Source: Acinetobacter phage fLi-Aba03
Length of the DNA stretch: 34,931 nucleotides
Sequence record: MT344105.1
Strand: one strand, 5' to 3'
In this document: piece by piece, positions 9,108-19,602 of the stretch
Position numbering within the stretch: position 1 is the stretch's first letter
How the letters are laid out: every line of letters starts with the position of its first letter
Translations under genes and position numbers: made by a program
The notes under the pieces: generated by a model
Told to the model about the DNA's origin: nothing
What the model saw: only the letters and a program-made list of their open reading frames with translations
Databases searched by the model: none

Positions 9108-12100
9108 GCAAACTCACTTGGACGATTAACGCTTGATTTGTTAGTTCAAACTGCTGAATTTACAGGGCCATTGTCTCAAGCCGAACGTCAAGCACGAACA
9201 GCGAGTAAAAATATTGCAAGTAGCTTTGACATTGCTACGTTCGCGGCTAAGACACTTGGTGCAGTTGTAGCCGGAGTTTCGGTAGCAAGTCTTGTAGAGT
9301 TTGCAAACCAAACAATTGAAACGGGCAGTGAGATTAAAAAGTTTGCTCAATTGTCTAATACATCTGTGCGTGAATTTCAGTATTACGCTAAAGGGGCAGA
9401 GACAGCAGGTATATCAATGGAGTCTTTTGCAGACAAAATGAAAGACATGCAGGACAGAATTGGTGATTTTCAGCAGACTGGCGGCGGACCTCTAGCAGAT
9501 TTCTTTGAAAATATTGCTCCTCTTGTTGGAGTGACTATACAGCAGTTTCAAAAGCTTTCAGGTCCGCAGGCTTTACAACTTTATTACGACTCGCTACAGA
9601 AAGTCGGTGCTTCTCAGAATGATATGAAGTTCTATATGGAAGCTATCATTTCTGATTCTTCATTGCTTATTCCATTACTGCAAAATGGCGGTGAAGGTTT
9701 TAAAAAATGGGGTGAAGCCGCTGAACAGGCAAATGCAATTTTATCAGAGGACATGATTCAGAATTTAGCATTGGCTAAAGAAAATCTAAGGTTAATGGAT
9801 CTGCAATGGCAAGGCCTTGAAGCTAGACTTATCAATAATGTAGTACCAGTTGTAAAAGCAGTTGCAAACAACATGGATGACATTAAAGCAATCACAATTG
9901 CACTTGCTGCTGCAATTGGATCAAAACTTGTGGTTCAGGGCGCAATTTTAGCAGGGACATTTACCATGGCTGCAATCCGTGGCGCTGCAATGGAATTGAC
10001 GCTTATGGGTATGCAGCGGCAAGCGCTGGGTGCTGCTACCTCAATGGGGGTTTTGCGTGGAGTAATGGGCTTTCTTGGTGGTCCTGCTGGCTTAGCTATG
10101 TTAGCCGTACAAGGTGTTGCTGCAGGTGCAGCTTTTTACTATATGAAAAAAAGTAGTGATGAGCTGGATCCATCCCTTACGATTCAGCAAAAAAGTGTAG
10201 CAGAGTTACGAGCCGAATATGAAAAGCTAGATGCTACTCAACAAAGAGTTTTAACTAGAAAAGCTACTGATACACTTGAAACAGCCAACCAGCTATATCG
10301 TGAACAAAAAAATGAAATGCTTGGCTTAATTGACGCTATTACACGATCATCAAAAGTCAGTGAAAATGATAAACAGATTGCCGAAGGTTTATTCGAAAGA
10401 TACCGATTAGGTAAAATTGATGCCAATCAATTAGCTAATGCAATTAATGGTCTAGCTACAGTAAGCGATTCTGCAAAAGCGAGTATTGATAACAAAGCTA
10501 AAGCAGTAATGGATGAGGCTGGTAAAGTTGTTAAGGCCCAATCTATTTTGGATGTTTATACCGGTAAGGTCCAGAACAATACCAAGGCCAATAATGATAA
10601 TGCAAAATCAATTGGTGAGCAGGAAAAGGCACTTCTTAGCTTGACTCAAAAGCAACGTGAAGCTTTGAAAGATATTCAAGGTCAACTAGATCGAGAGTCA
10701 TATATTCAAGCGAGTATGCGTACCGGCATTAGCCGTGAACATGCAGAGTATTATGCGGATTACAAAGATAATGCTGGTATTCCTTACTTTAAGCCACTTT
10801 CGAATCTTGAAGTAAAATTAGTCGAACAGGGCTACAAGCTTAAAGAGCAGACCAAAGACCGAGAGGAGTCTGAAAAGAAAATTGAGGAGACAAAAAAACG
10901 TCAACTTGAATTAACTCAAAAGCAGGCCTTAGTTGTGGCTAGTGGAAATGAAACCTCGCGCAATATGTTGAAAGTGTATCAAGCATTTATGAATACTGGT
11001 GTGTTTTCAGATCAACAAGCACGCTATCTTACTGCAGAGGTTGGCCGTGAAAATGACTTTAGAAGCTCAAAAATGTTTGGTAGTCATAAAGACAAAAATA
11101 ACGGCTTCACTAATGTCGGCATTATGTCTTGGCAGAAATCAAGAGCAAAAGATCTAATGTCCATGCTTTTTTCTAAAGGCTTGCTAGATAACAAGGGGGC
11201 AATTAAAGAAACACAAGAATCTTTGAATGCACAGGCATTGTTCTTGGCAAAAGAAGTTTTCACCGATCCTAGTTACACCAAGTCAAAGAATGCTTTGTTG
11301 AGTAATGCTGGATATAAAGAGCTTGAAAAGATCTTTGGCAAAAACTATGTCCGCTGGGATTATGAAGGCCGAAAAATTAAAGCAGGTCCTCATCATAAAA
11401 AACGCGATAACTACTATAATCAATTAAATACATTACTTGGTGATGGTACAACTACTAATATTAGCTCAGCTATTCAATCTTTTTCAAAGCTTGATGATGA
11501 GTTAGCTAATGTTGCAGAACGTCTTAAAAACGACAAGCGAACACTTGTTGAATATTATGATGAGTGGCAAAAGATATCAAATGCGAATGATGACAAGGTA
11601 AACGAAATTGGTCGACTCTATGCTGATGATCCAGTAATGCGAGATCGTTTGTTAAAGCTTCAAGCTGAAGCTTATGCAAAGGATGTTGAAAACTATATCA
11701 AAGCTCAAGATGAGAAAGTGGCTGCTCAACGAAAGGTCGCTTGGGAGATCCTTGAGGCTCAGTATTCAGTCATTAATGCATCTAAAGCAATGGACGATCA
11801 AATCAGAGGGTTGTCGTCAGGTGCTGACGATATATTCGCTAAAGCCACTATGTCTCCAAATGATTATGCAATGTGGTCACTAGCTAATCAAAAAAGCAAT
11901 GCTCAACTTGCATTATCTAATCAACGTGTAGCCGTTGAACAAGGAATCATGACAAGTGATTCTTTTTCCAGTGACGATGAGCGATACCAGGCGTTGTTAC
12001 AGGCTCATGAAGAGTATTTGATTCAGAAAAATGCTCTTGACGTTCAGTACGACCAGCAAGTTAAAGATTTGCAAAAAAGTCAATTTGAAACTCAGTTGGG

Positions 12101-12689
12101 CTTGTGGTCAACCCTTTTGGGCCAAGCGCAAAACACATGGTCCCAAATGACCCAATCTGTTAAGACAGCACAAGGTGAGCAGTCCAGTGCATATAAGGCA
12201 ATGTTCTTAATGCAACAATCTATTGCAATTGCATCTGCAATCGTTTCAGCTCACTTAGCGGCAGTCCAAACAACCGCAGATATCACACTACCATTCGTAG
12301 GTAAAGTGTCTGCCGCAAATGCAATTTTGGCGTTTGGTTATGCTAACGCAGCAATGATTGGGGCGCAGACCATTGCAGGGATGGCACATGATGGTATTGA
12401 CAATATCCCACGTGAAGGCACATGGCTTTTGGATGGTGGCGAACGTGTTTTAAATCCGCAACAAAACAAAGACCTAACGAATTATTTGAGTAATCAAAAA
12501 AATTCAGGACCACAGGTTGTCATAAACAACATGAACGGTTCAAGAGTAAGTCAGCGTCAAGGTGCGGATGGTAAACTTTATGTAGACATTGATGATGTAG
12601 AAGGGTTTATGGTTGGTGCTCTTAGCGACCCAAATAGTAAGGTTTCAAAAGCAATGCAGCACAACTATAACGCCCAGCGGAGACGTTAA
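9102..12689 (+). CDS. Tail tape measure protein.
   Basis: 1195 aa. Hydrophobic Gly/Ala-rich segment and long coiled-coil regions. Position after the chaperone frameshift pair. Confidence 0.9.
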   Translation: MAANSLGRLTLDLLVQTAEFTGPLSQAERQARTASKNIASSFDIATFAAKTLGAVVAGVSVASLVEFANQTIETGSEIKKFAQLSNTSVREFQYYAKGAETAGISMESFADKMKDMQDRIGDFQQTGGGPLADFFENIAPLVGVTIQQFQKLSGPQALQLYYDSLQKVGASQNDMKFYMEAIISDSSLLIPLLQNGGEGFKKWGEAAEQANAILSEDMIQNLALAKENLRLMDLQWQGLEARLINNVVPVVKAVANNMDDIKAITIALAAAIGSKLVVQGAILAGTFTMAAIRGAAMELTLMGMQRQALGAATSMGVLRGVMGFLGGPAGLAMLAVQGVAAGAAFYYMKKSSDELDPSLTIQQKSVAELRAEYEKLDATQQRVLTRKATDTLETANQLYREQKNEMLGLIDAITRSSKVSENDKQIAEGLFERYRLGKIDANQLANAINGLATVSDSAKASIDNKAKAVMDEAGKVVKAQSILDVYTGKVQNNTKANNDNAKSIGEQEKALLSLTQKQREALKDIQGQLDRESYIQASMRTGISREHAEYYADYKDNAGIPYFKPLSNLEVKLVEQGYKLKEQTKDREESEKKIEETKKRQLELTQKQALVVASGNETSRNMLKVYQAFMNTGVFSDQQARYLTAEVGRENDFRSSKMFGSHKDKNNGFTNVGIMSWQKSRAKDLMSMLFSKGLLDNKGAIKETQESLNAQALFLAKEVFTDPSYTKSKNALLSNAGYKELEKIFGKNYVRWDYEGRKIKAGPHHKKRDNYYNQLNTLLGDGTTTNISSAIQSFSKLDDELANVAERLKNDKRTLVEYYDEWQKISNANDDKVNEIGRLYADDPVMRDRLLKLQAEAYAKDVENYIKAQDEKVAAQRKVAWEILEAQYSVINASKAMDDQIRGLSSGADDIFAKATMSPNDYAMWSLANQKSNAQLALSNQRVAVEQGIMTSDSFSSDDERYQALLQAHEEYLIQKNALDVQYDQQVKDLQKSQFETQLGLWSTLLGQAQNTWSQMTQSVKTAQGEQSSAYKAMFLMQQSIAIASAIVSAHLAAVQTTADITLPFVGKVSAANAILAFGYANAAMIGAQTIAGMAHDGIDNIPREGTWLLDGGERVLNPQQNKDLTNYLSNQKNSGPQVVINNMNGSRVSQRQGADGKLYVDIDDVEGFMVGALSDPNSKVSKAMQHNYNAQRRR

Positions 12690-12690
12690 A

Positions 12691-13179
12691 ATGGCTTTGA
12701 ATATTTTAAATCGATGTTCAACGCAATCTGGCTATTCCGTAGCGTACAGAAGCGGTGTTATTGCACAAGAACTTGATGGGGGGGCGCCGCGATATAAGCG
12801 CCGCCTTAAGAATGCTTATCATACTGTGAATGTGCGATGGGTTGTTCTTGAGGCGGGGTTTCAGTATTTGGACGCATTTTATAATGTCTGGTGCGACAAT
12901 CCGAGCCAACCGTTTTATGCAAATCTCAAGGTAAATGGCCCAGAATATAAGCCTTATGAATGCTCATTCGTTCCCGATAGCTTTCAATTAAATGAGGTGG
13001 AAGGTAAGTTTTTTACCTTATCTGCGCAGCTAAGAGTTCGGCCTATTGTTGATAGCAACCTAAATAAAATCATTGTGGAGACTGGTAACAAGGGGGATTT
13101 AGCAACACTTCTCAATCCACTAGAGAAACTTGTAAATAAAGATGCGCCTAAGTCAATGGAGGGTATTATCAATGACTGA
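12691..13179 (+). CDS. Minor tail protein (lambda gpM-like position).
   Basis: ATG at 12691, one nt after the tape-measure stop. 162 aa. Confidence 0.5.
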   Translation: MALNILNRCSTQSGYSVAYRSGVIAQELDGGAPRYKRRLKNAYHTVNVRWVVLEAGFQYLDAFYNVWCDNPSQPFYANLKVNGPEYKPYECSFVPDSFQLNEVEGKFFTLSAQLRVRPIVDSNLNKIIVETGNKGDLATLLNPLEKLVNKDAPKSMEGIIND

Positions 13180-13678
13180 TTATACCGCCTTCTTTTTGAA
13201 TCGGTCGGGTTCAGTTACTCCAATCGAATGTATAGAAATGTCACATCCAGATTTTGAGAGTTCATTTCGCTATACGAGTGACGATACATATGGTGTGACG
13301 GTAAAACATGAACAAGATGGGCCTGATTATTTTTATCAGTACCAGCCAATGACAATAAAACGCTCCACTGTTTCTAACAATCTTGATCAAAAAATCTCAC
13401 TAACAATTGGTGATGTTGATGACAAACTTATTCTTGCTGCAGACAAGTCAAGATTGAGCAGTTATTGGAATGTACGGCCCAAAGTCAAATGGCGTTTATA
13501 TCGTGATGATAATCTGACTAGTCCTTTGGTTACTTTACAAACTTTAGAGGTAGCAAGTATTTCAAAAGATGATACTGGCAACTGCACTTTTGAGGCTGTA
13601 GCACCTGAGCTAAACAAGGTTAAAACAGGTGAAATTTACGATCTTGAAAGATTCCCCTTATTGCGCGGCTTAATATGA
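13172..13678 (+). CDS. Minor tail protein (lambda gpL-like position).
   Basis: ATG at 13172 overlapping the upstream gene end. 168 aa. Confidence 0.5.
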   Translation: MTDYTAFFLNRSGSVTPIECIEMSHPDFESSFRYTSDDTYGVTVKHEQDGPDYFYQYQPMTIKRSTVSNNLDQKISLTIGDVDDKLILAADKSRLSSYWNVRPKVKWRLYRDDNLTSPLVTLQTLEVASISKDDTGNCTFEAVAPELNKVKTGEIYDLERFPLLRGLI

Positions 13679-13995
13679 ATATCAATCACCTATTATCACG
13701 GACTTGGAAGGAAGATTACACATGTAATGAGTTTGCATGTGAGGCTTGGCTAGATATTACAGGAGAAGATTTAACTTCACGTTTAAAAAAATTTTTAAAT
13801 GGAGAGGGGGAATTTAAATCTTTGGATGAGCCTATTTCACCTTGCATAGTTTTTTTTACAAACGGACCCAAAAGCTCGACACATGTCGGGCTTTTTTATT
13901 GCGGAAAACTTTTGCATCTCTCACTTCGCGGTGCGCAATTCATTCCGCTTGAAGTCGTTAGCATGCATTTTCTGGAAACGAGGTTTTACACATGA
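13675..13995 (+). CDS. Tail assembly protein with a NlpC/P60-like Cys/His signature (gpK-like).
   Basis: 106 aa. Cys in YTCNEFACEAW and His in STHVGLFY resemble the C40 peptidase catalytic dyad. ATGA overlaps on both sides. Confidence 0.45.
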   Translation: MNINHLLSRTWKEDYTCNEFACEAWLDITGEDLTSRLKKFLNGEGEFKSLDEPISPCIVFFTNGPKSSTHVGLFYCGKLLHLSLRGAQFIPLEVVSMHFLETRFYT

Positions 13996-16850
13996 GCTTG
14001 AAGCGAGTTGTCATTGTTCCTGATGTGTATAAACGAGACACATGGGCATATGCCGATGTAGAGGATGTTTGCGCTTACTTAGCTCAACATTTTGCTCCTA
14101 GCCTACCCGGTGGCACAAAAATATATCATGGTGCAATTGCTGAGTCTCAAAATATTACCCCTAAAAATAAGAGGGATATTGAAAAGCTTCAAAAATTAGA
14201 GGGGGTATTTTATGTTGTAGTCATGCCACAGGAGCCAATCTCTATTGCAATGTGGATTTACTATGCAATTGTTGCAATTACAACAGCATACACACTTTAT
14301 ACAGTTCTAACTATGCCTAAACCGCCGTCCCCAACGGCCGGATCTGCAAACAACGAATTAGCTCAACGATCAAATCAACCTCGTATCAATGGCCGTATTC
14401 CAGATATTTTCGGAAGATTGCGATCATATCCCGATTTGATTGCTCAAACGTTCACGACTTATGTGGATGGTGTTGAGATTGAAGAGTGCTTAATGTGTAT
14501 CGGACGTGGTTATTATCAGATTTTAGATATGCGCGATGGAGATACAGATGTTGCAAATATTGCTGGCACTTCTGTATCTGTTTATGATCCATTTACGTCT
14601 ATTGTGGGAATACCAATATATCGAGTTGGGGAAGAATTTAATCATCTGCCAAAATATGTGGTTAATTCAGACTCTATTAATGGTCAGACTATAGAGCAAC
14701 CTAACACTGCAGAATTTGAAACTCAAAATGTGTGGTTCCAAAGTCCAAATCTAATACGAGCAACTGGAATCGACTTTACTCAATATTTTGCTGCAAATGA
14801 TCGAATTCTTTTGAGTGGCGCTGTTTATGGCGTGCAAGATGTGAGTTTATCAGGAACAATAATGGTCAATGAAAACAAAATGGTTATTATTGAGTCCTCT
14901 ACGAATATTGATAATCCAAACTTGTTTAAAGGGTTGCTACTGACAGGTGCATTAGTTGATATTGAAACTACAACAGGAACGCCACCAGATCAAATTACAG
15001 AGATTGATACTCGTGATCTTTCAGGTCAGTTTGATGTGTCTGGTGTAACTAAAACTGTTATTTCAGGCGGTTTTCATTACGAAATAACACTTTCAAATCC
15101 ACAGCGTGTTAATGCCAATTGGTTACATGTTAATAAGAGCTATACAATAACTGCAGGTGCTTCACTAAACCATAATGCAAATTCAATTACTCTTGATGAC
15201 ATTTATACGATTAATAGTATATCCAGCGACACGATTGCATTAGTCAATCCTTCGGCCATTAATAACGAGTGGGATAAACTCTTAACGCTTCCAAATCAAT
15301 CCACTCAAGGGCAGGATGCACTTGTACGGTTTGATTCAATAAGCTCTAAATATGTTGGCTGGTTTAATCTGGAAATGCCTGAGGCAACTCAAGCTGTTTT
15401 TAATTTATTTTTTCCAAATGGCTTGTTTTATCAAGACAGTAAGGGTGGTGTTTGGGAAGAGGGTTTTACTTTAGTTATTGAATTGCAGTCAATAGATAAT
15501 TCTGGCAATCCAGTAGGTGAAGTTACAACTATCCAGCAAAATATTAGGGCTAAGAACAAGTCACAATTTGGACGTACTTTATATATTGATCTACCTAATG
15601 CTGGCTCTTTTAGATTTCGTCTAAGTAGGACTACAGCTACCCAAGCAGGCAAGACTCAAGACACTTGCAAAATTAAGTCGGTATATGGCATGGCAGAATC
15701 TTCTATCGACCATTATGGAAATGTAACCGTGATTCGATCGAAAACGGTCGCAACAGACGGGGCTCTATCTCTTAAAGAACGAAAACTTAATTGTCTAGTT
15801 AATAGAAAGCTGCCAATTAATGGAACAGGTCCATTGCAAGTTACTCGTTCTGCAGGTCAAGCATTAATTAATCTTGCTCTTGATGAGTATATTGGACGTC
15901 GCACGATAGATGAAATCGATATAGATCAAATCAATGAAGAGATTGAAAAAGTTAATGCGTATTTTGGTTCTGACCGTATGTCAGAATTTAACTACACGAT
16001 TGATGATGACAATCTAAGTTTTGAGGAGATTGCTGGCATGGTTGCTAGTGCTGCTTTCTGTGAAGTTTATCGCTACGGAAGTGTCACACGTCTTAAATTC
16101 GAACAGCCACAAGAGAATGCGGTTTTACTTTTTAATCACCGGAACAAAGTACCCGGAACTGAAAAGAGGACTACTCGATGGGATGACAAGAATTATGACG
16201 GCTTAGAACTTGAGTATACATCGGATAAGGATGATGCAAGGATTAAATATTCTTTGTACTGGGATAACGCGACAAAGAGTACAAAAGAAGGTCCATTTGC
16301 TAAAAACCCATTAAAGATAACTACCACTGGTATCAGAAATGAAGAACAGGCGAAAACACGTGCTTGGCGCGAGTGGATGAAAGTTCTTTATAAGGCTTTT
16401 CTATGTGAATTTGAGGCACTTGACGAATCGGAATTGTTGTTAAGAAATGATGCCATTCTAATTGCAGATAACAGGGGGGATTTAACACAGGATGGAGAGA
16501 TTCGTGGTGTTGATGGTCTTTTCTTAACAACATCTCAACCGTGCTTTTTTGAAAACGGACAAGATCATTATATTTATGTCCAACTACCAGACAAGACCGT
16601 TGATATGATTCCTTGTGTCGCAGGGGACGATGAGTATTCAATAAAGCTTTTACGTGCTCCCTTAATTCCCATAATTATCAATCCATCCAACTACATTGGA
16701 TACACAGGGTACAAGCTGGTAAAGGCAACTGAGGCAGAGGCATTTATGTTTATGCTTGATGAAATCACGCCTAAATCGCCAATGACAAATAATCTTATTG
16801 CCTCAAATTATGACTCACGGTTTTATCAACATGATCATGATTTTGTCTAA
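13992..16850 (+). CDS. Fused tail assembly protein I-like N-terminus and host specificity protein J-like central tail fibre.
   Basis: 952 aa. N-terminal ~150 aa resemble lambda gpI (VVVMPQEP, a hydrophobic segment, MPKPPSP...NGRIPDIFGRLR). The rest is a long beta-rich J-like body. Confidence 0.65.
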   Translation: MSLKRVVIVPDVYKRDTWAYADVEDVCAYLAQHFAPSLPGGTKIYHGAIAESQNITPKNKRDIEKLQKLEGVFYVVVMPQEPISIAMWIYYAIVAITTAYTLYTVLTMPKPPSPTAGSANNELAQRSNQPRINGRIPDIFGRLRSYPDLIAQTFTTYVDGVEIEECLMCIGRGYYQILDMRDGDTDVANIAGTSVSVYDPFTSIVGIPIYRVGEEFNHLPKYVVNSDSINGQTIEQPNTAEFETQNVWFQSPNLIRATGIDFTQYFAANDRILLSGAVYGVQDVSLSGTIMVNENKMVIIESSTNIDNPNLFKGLLLTGALVDIETTTGTPPDQITEIDTRDLSGQFDVSGVTKTVISGGFHYEITLSNPQRVNANWLHVNKSYTITAGASLNHNANSITLDDIYTINSISSDTIALVNPSAINNEWDKLLTLPNQSTQGQDALVRFDSISSKYVGWFNLEMPEATQAVFNLFFPNGLFYQDSKGGVWEEGFTLVIELQSIDNSGNPVGEVTTIQQNIRAKNKSQFGRTLYIDLPNAGSFRFRLSRTTATQAGKTQDTCKIKSVYGMAESSIDHYGNVTVIRSKTVATDGALSLKERKLNCLVNRKLPINGTGPLQVTRSAGQALINLALDEYIGRRTIDEIDIDQINEEIEKVNAYFGSDRMSEFNYTIDDDNLSFEEIAGMVASAAFCEVYRYGSVTRLKFEQPQENAVLLFNHRNKVPGTEKRTTRWDDKNYDGLELEYTSDKDDARIKYSLYWDNATKSTKEGPFAKNPLKITTTGIRNEEQAKTRAWREWMKVLYKAFLCEFEALDESELLLRNDAILIADNRGDLTQDGEIRGVDGLFLTTSQPCFFENGQDHYIYVQLPDKTVDMIPCVAGDDEYSIKLLRAPLIPIIINPSNYIGYTGYKLVKATEAEAFMFMLDEITPKSPMTNNLIASNYDSRFYQHDHDFV

Positions 16851-16866
16851 TTAATTTTTTAAATTT

Positions 16867-16892
16867 TAGCCCCTTTTTTAAGGGGCTTTTTT
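16867..16892 (+). terminator. Rho-independent terminator (agcccc-ttttttaa-ggggct + TTTTTT).
   Basis: Perfect 6-bp stem and T-tract. Confidence 0.7.
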
Positions 16893-16917
16893 ATTGCCCG
16901 GAGAAAAGGTATGGCAG
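16887..16917 (+). repeat. Copy 2 of the 31-bp exact direct repeat (terminator tail, RBS, ATG GCA G), here before the tail fibre gene.
   Basis: Identical to 9077-9107. Confidence 0.85.
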
Positions 16918-18773
16918 ATTACCTAACGCCTGCAAAGTTAGAAAATGCTTCACTAGATTGTGATAGCTGGGATAAGTTTTTTCATGGTACTGAGTTTGAG
17001 GATGTAGTAACTCGACTCGGAAAAGTGTTTCCCACTCTTCCTAAGGTTTTAAAATTATTTTTTGATAATGGTTTATTTAGACCATTTCAAACAGAAGCTC
17101 AATTGCTTGCCTATGTTCCAGAAACAAACCCAAGTGCAGCTTATGCTTTTGATACGAAAAAGCTATATTCATGGGACGGCTCTGTTTGGAACGATGAAGG
17201 ATTAAGTCCTTTAGACTTATCAAAAAGCTATACAGATGAACAATTTATTTTAGCTGTGCAAAAATCAGTTTTTGAGACGCTTTCTCAATTATTTGGCCTA
17301 GCTAAATCTGATGATGAGAAGATCAAATCTCTTTTTACTGATGCAGCGGGGAACGTTGTAATTGGTTATGACTTAGAAAAAGATACAGGCATTTATGCTG
17401 GAATGCTTGAGCAAGTTGTAGAAATTGTACCGGGATTAAAAATTTACAATGATGGTAGATATTTGGGTCTACTAGGTGATTCTGAAAGACGAATCTTAAT
17501 CGGTTATGACATGCTTAGTGACTTGCCCATCATTGCGGGCCTTGATGAGTTGATCAATGGTGCGGGCGGCACAAATACAAAACCTGTTCCAGCCGAAAGA
17601 AACCATATTGTTGGATACGGACAGTCTTTAAAAACAGGTGCTACCGCAACAGTTATTCTAAGTATTCTTCAGCCTTATTTTAATGTGACATTCGGTACGG
17701 GTCCGCGTATGGACTCTGCTGCAACTTCGGTCATCCCATTGGTTGAGCAATTTAATAATCCAAGTTCAGACGGCTACAGCAATCGCGGTGAGACTTGTTG
17801 TTCTGGTGCTGCAAATTATGCAAGCCGTGCAATGATGCTTGAAAACGGTATTGATCCGAAAGATCATGTGATTTTTGCAAGCACTGCTGCACATGGTGGG
17901 TATCGTATAGATCAGTTAAAAAAAGGGTCTGAATGGTATAGCTTTTTGATTAAGCATATAACTGAAGCAAAACGGTTGAGTGGAGATAAGACTTACAAAA
18001 CGCAAGTTATTGATTGGGGGCAGGGTGAAAATGACGCCATTTATACTGTTCGAACCCCCTATGCGGTTTATAAGTCTGAACTTGCACAGCTGCAGTTAGA
18101 TGTAAGCAGTGATATTAAAGAAATCACCGGGCAATCTGAAACAGCACCATTTATTACTTACCAGATGTCATATGCTGCCCGCACATGGCCTGATATTGCA
18201 AAAGCTCAATTAGATTTAGTTCGAGAAAGCCCGTATTTTATGCTTTCAACACCTATGTATCACATGCCATATGCAGAAGACAGCATTCATTTAACAAATG
18301 TTGGTTACAAGTGGCTTGGTGCTTATGTTGGTCGAGCTTATAAGCAATATATGATTGATGGGCGAAAATCAGATTTCATCAACCCGAAAGTAGCTCAACT
18401 TGTAGGTGATGAAATACACATTCATTTTGATGTGCCGAAAGCGCCACTTGTGCTTGATACGGCAACTTTGGCTGCTACTACAGACAACGGCTTTAAGGTT
18501 TTAGTAAATGATACTGCGGCAACGATTTCCGGCATTAGCGCAGAAAATGACAAAGTTATTATCAAACTGTCTAGCCCACCTGCAACAGGTGCATCGGTAA
18601 TTGTTAGATACGCCCTAGATTACCTAGGTGCTGGATTATCAATAGATGGCGGTGCTTCCGGCAATCTCCGTGATTCAACAACAGATTCAATTGAAATTGC
18701 AGGTGTAGAAAGACCGCTATATCACGTATGCCCGCATTTTGAATTAACTGCATTTACAGATAAAGGAATTTAA
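16911..18773 (+). CDS. Tail fibre or spike protein carrying an SGNH/SASA-type carbohydrate esterase domain. Putative receptor polysaccharide deacetylase.
   Basis: 620 aa. Ordered motifs GYGQSL (GQSN-like Ser block), DWGQGENDA (QGExD block) and DSIHLT (DxxH block) match the SGNH/SASA catalytic signature. Sits at the tail-fibre position. Confidence 0.6.
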   Translation: MADYLTPAKLENASLDCDSWDKFFHGTEFEDVVTRLGKVFPTLPKVLKLFFDNGLFRPFQTEAQLLAYVPETNPSAAYAFDTKKLYSWDGSVWNDEGLSPLDLSKSYTDEQFILAVQKSVFETLSQLFGLAKSDDEKIKSLFTDAAGNVVIGYDLEKDTGIYAGMLEQVVEIVPGLKIYNDGRYLGLLGDSERRILIGYDMLSDLPIIAGLDELINGAGGTNTKPVPAERNHIVGYGQSLKTGATATVILSILQPYFNVTFGTGPRMDSAATSVIPLVEQFNNPSSDGYSNRGETCCSGAANYASRAMMLENGIDPKDHVIFASTAAHGGYRIDQLKKGSEWYSFLIKHITEAKRLSGDKTYKTQVIDWGQGENDAIYTVRTPYAVYKSELAQLQLDVSSDIKEITGQSETAPFITYQMSYAARTWPDIAKAQLDLVRESPYFMLSTPMYHMPYAEDSIHLTNVGYKWLGAYVGRAYKQYMIDGRKSDFINPKVAQLVGDEIHIHFDVPKAPLVLDTATLAATTDNGFKVLVNDTAATISGISAENDKVIIKLSSPPATGASVIVRYALDYLGAGLSIDGGASGNLRDSTTDSIEIAGVERPLYHVCPHFELTAFTDKGI

Positions 18774-18775
18774 AA

Positions 18776-19555
18776 ATGACTCAATTATTTTTTCAAGCGA
18801 AGAACTTTGTAAGTAAGAGATCTTTACCTAAATTATCAAATGTTGATGATTTGCTGCCAAATCTTGAGTATGAAGCGTATGGGCATTGGGTTTTTGAAAA
18901 CACATCGGCTTCATTGACGGATAAAGTGAATAATAGACTTTTAGCATTGCAAAGTGGTGCTACAGTGCAACCCATTTACTCTGAATCGGGAGTAACAATC
19001 TCAACTGCCGTAGGTAATGCTCTTGTAAGTGATTTAATTGATACATCAGCACAAAGTGTAACGCTTACAGCAGTTGTGAAATGCAATAACACCCAATTAG
19101 CTATTTTATTAGGAAACTTAGTACCCAGCAATTCTACAACGAGTAGTGGTTTAGCGGGCTTTGCTTCGGCCGGGAAGGGATACTTGACAGTTAAGCCAAC
19201 CGCTGCTGCTGGTTCGGGGGGAATTTCGTCATTAACACCAGCATCTGGGCATAATCAAACATCAAACTTTTTTATTGCTGTTAGCGTAGATAAAGCAACT
19301 AAAAAAGGAATTATTTACGTTCAACAAAATTCGGCAGAATTAACAAACGAAGCAGTTTATACAGCTCCTGTTTACGAAAGTGCACTGAATAAGTTTGCTT
19401 TTGGCAATAATGCATACACGGGATCAAATGCCCCGGCAAATACAGCAACTTTTGCAGAAGGGGTTATCTTTGATAAAGCTTTAACTTTAGATGAAATTAA
19501 AGCTGTGGCTACCCGATCCAAAGATAGAATGAAAAACCGTGGAATTACCTTTTAA
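18776..19555 (+). CDS. Tail fibre-associated protein. Possible lectin-like receptor-binding or fibre-assembly protein.
   Basis: 259 aa, immediately after the fibre gene, followed by a terminator. No motif confidently recognised. Confidence 0.35.
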   Translation: MTQLFFQAKNFVSKRSLPKLSNVDDLLPNLEYEAYGHWVFENTSASLTDKVNNRLLALQSGATVQPIYSESGVTISTAVGNALVSDLIDTSAQSVTLTAVVKCNNTQLAILLGNLVPSNSTTSSGLAGFASAGKGYLTVKPTAAAGSGGISSLTPASGHNQTSNFFIAVSVDKATKKGIIYVQQNSAELTNEAVYTAPVYESALNKFAFGNNAYTGSNAPANTATFAEGVIFDKALTLDEIKAVATRSKDRMKNRGITF

Positions 19556-19557
19556 CG

Positions 19558-19581
19558 AGCCCCTTAATTGGGGCTTTTATT
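19558..19581 (+). terminator. Rho-independent terminator (gcccc-ttaatt-ggggc + TTTTATT) at the end of the tail module.
   Basis: 5-bp GC stem and T-rich tract. Confidence 0.65.
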
Positions 19582-19602
19582 ACCCATGTCTGGAGAAATA
19601 AA

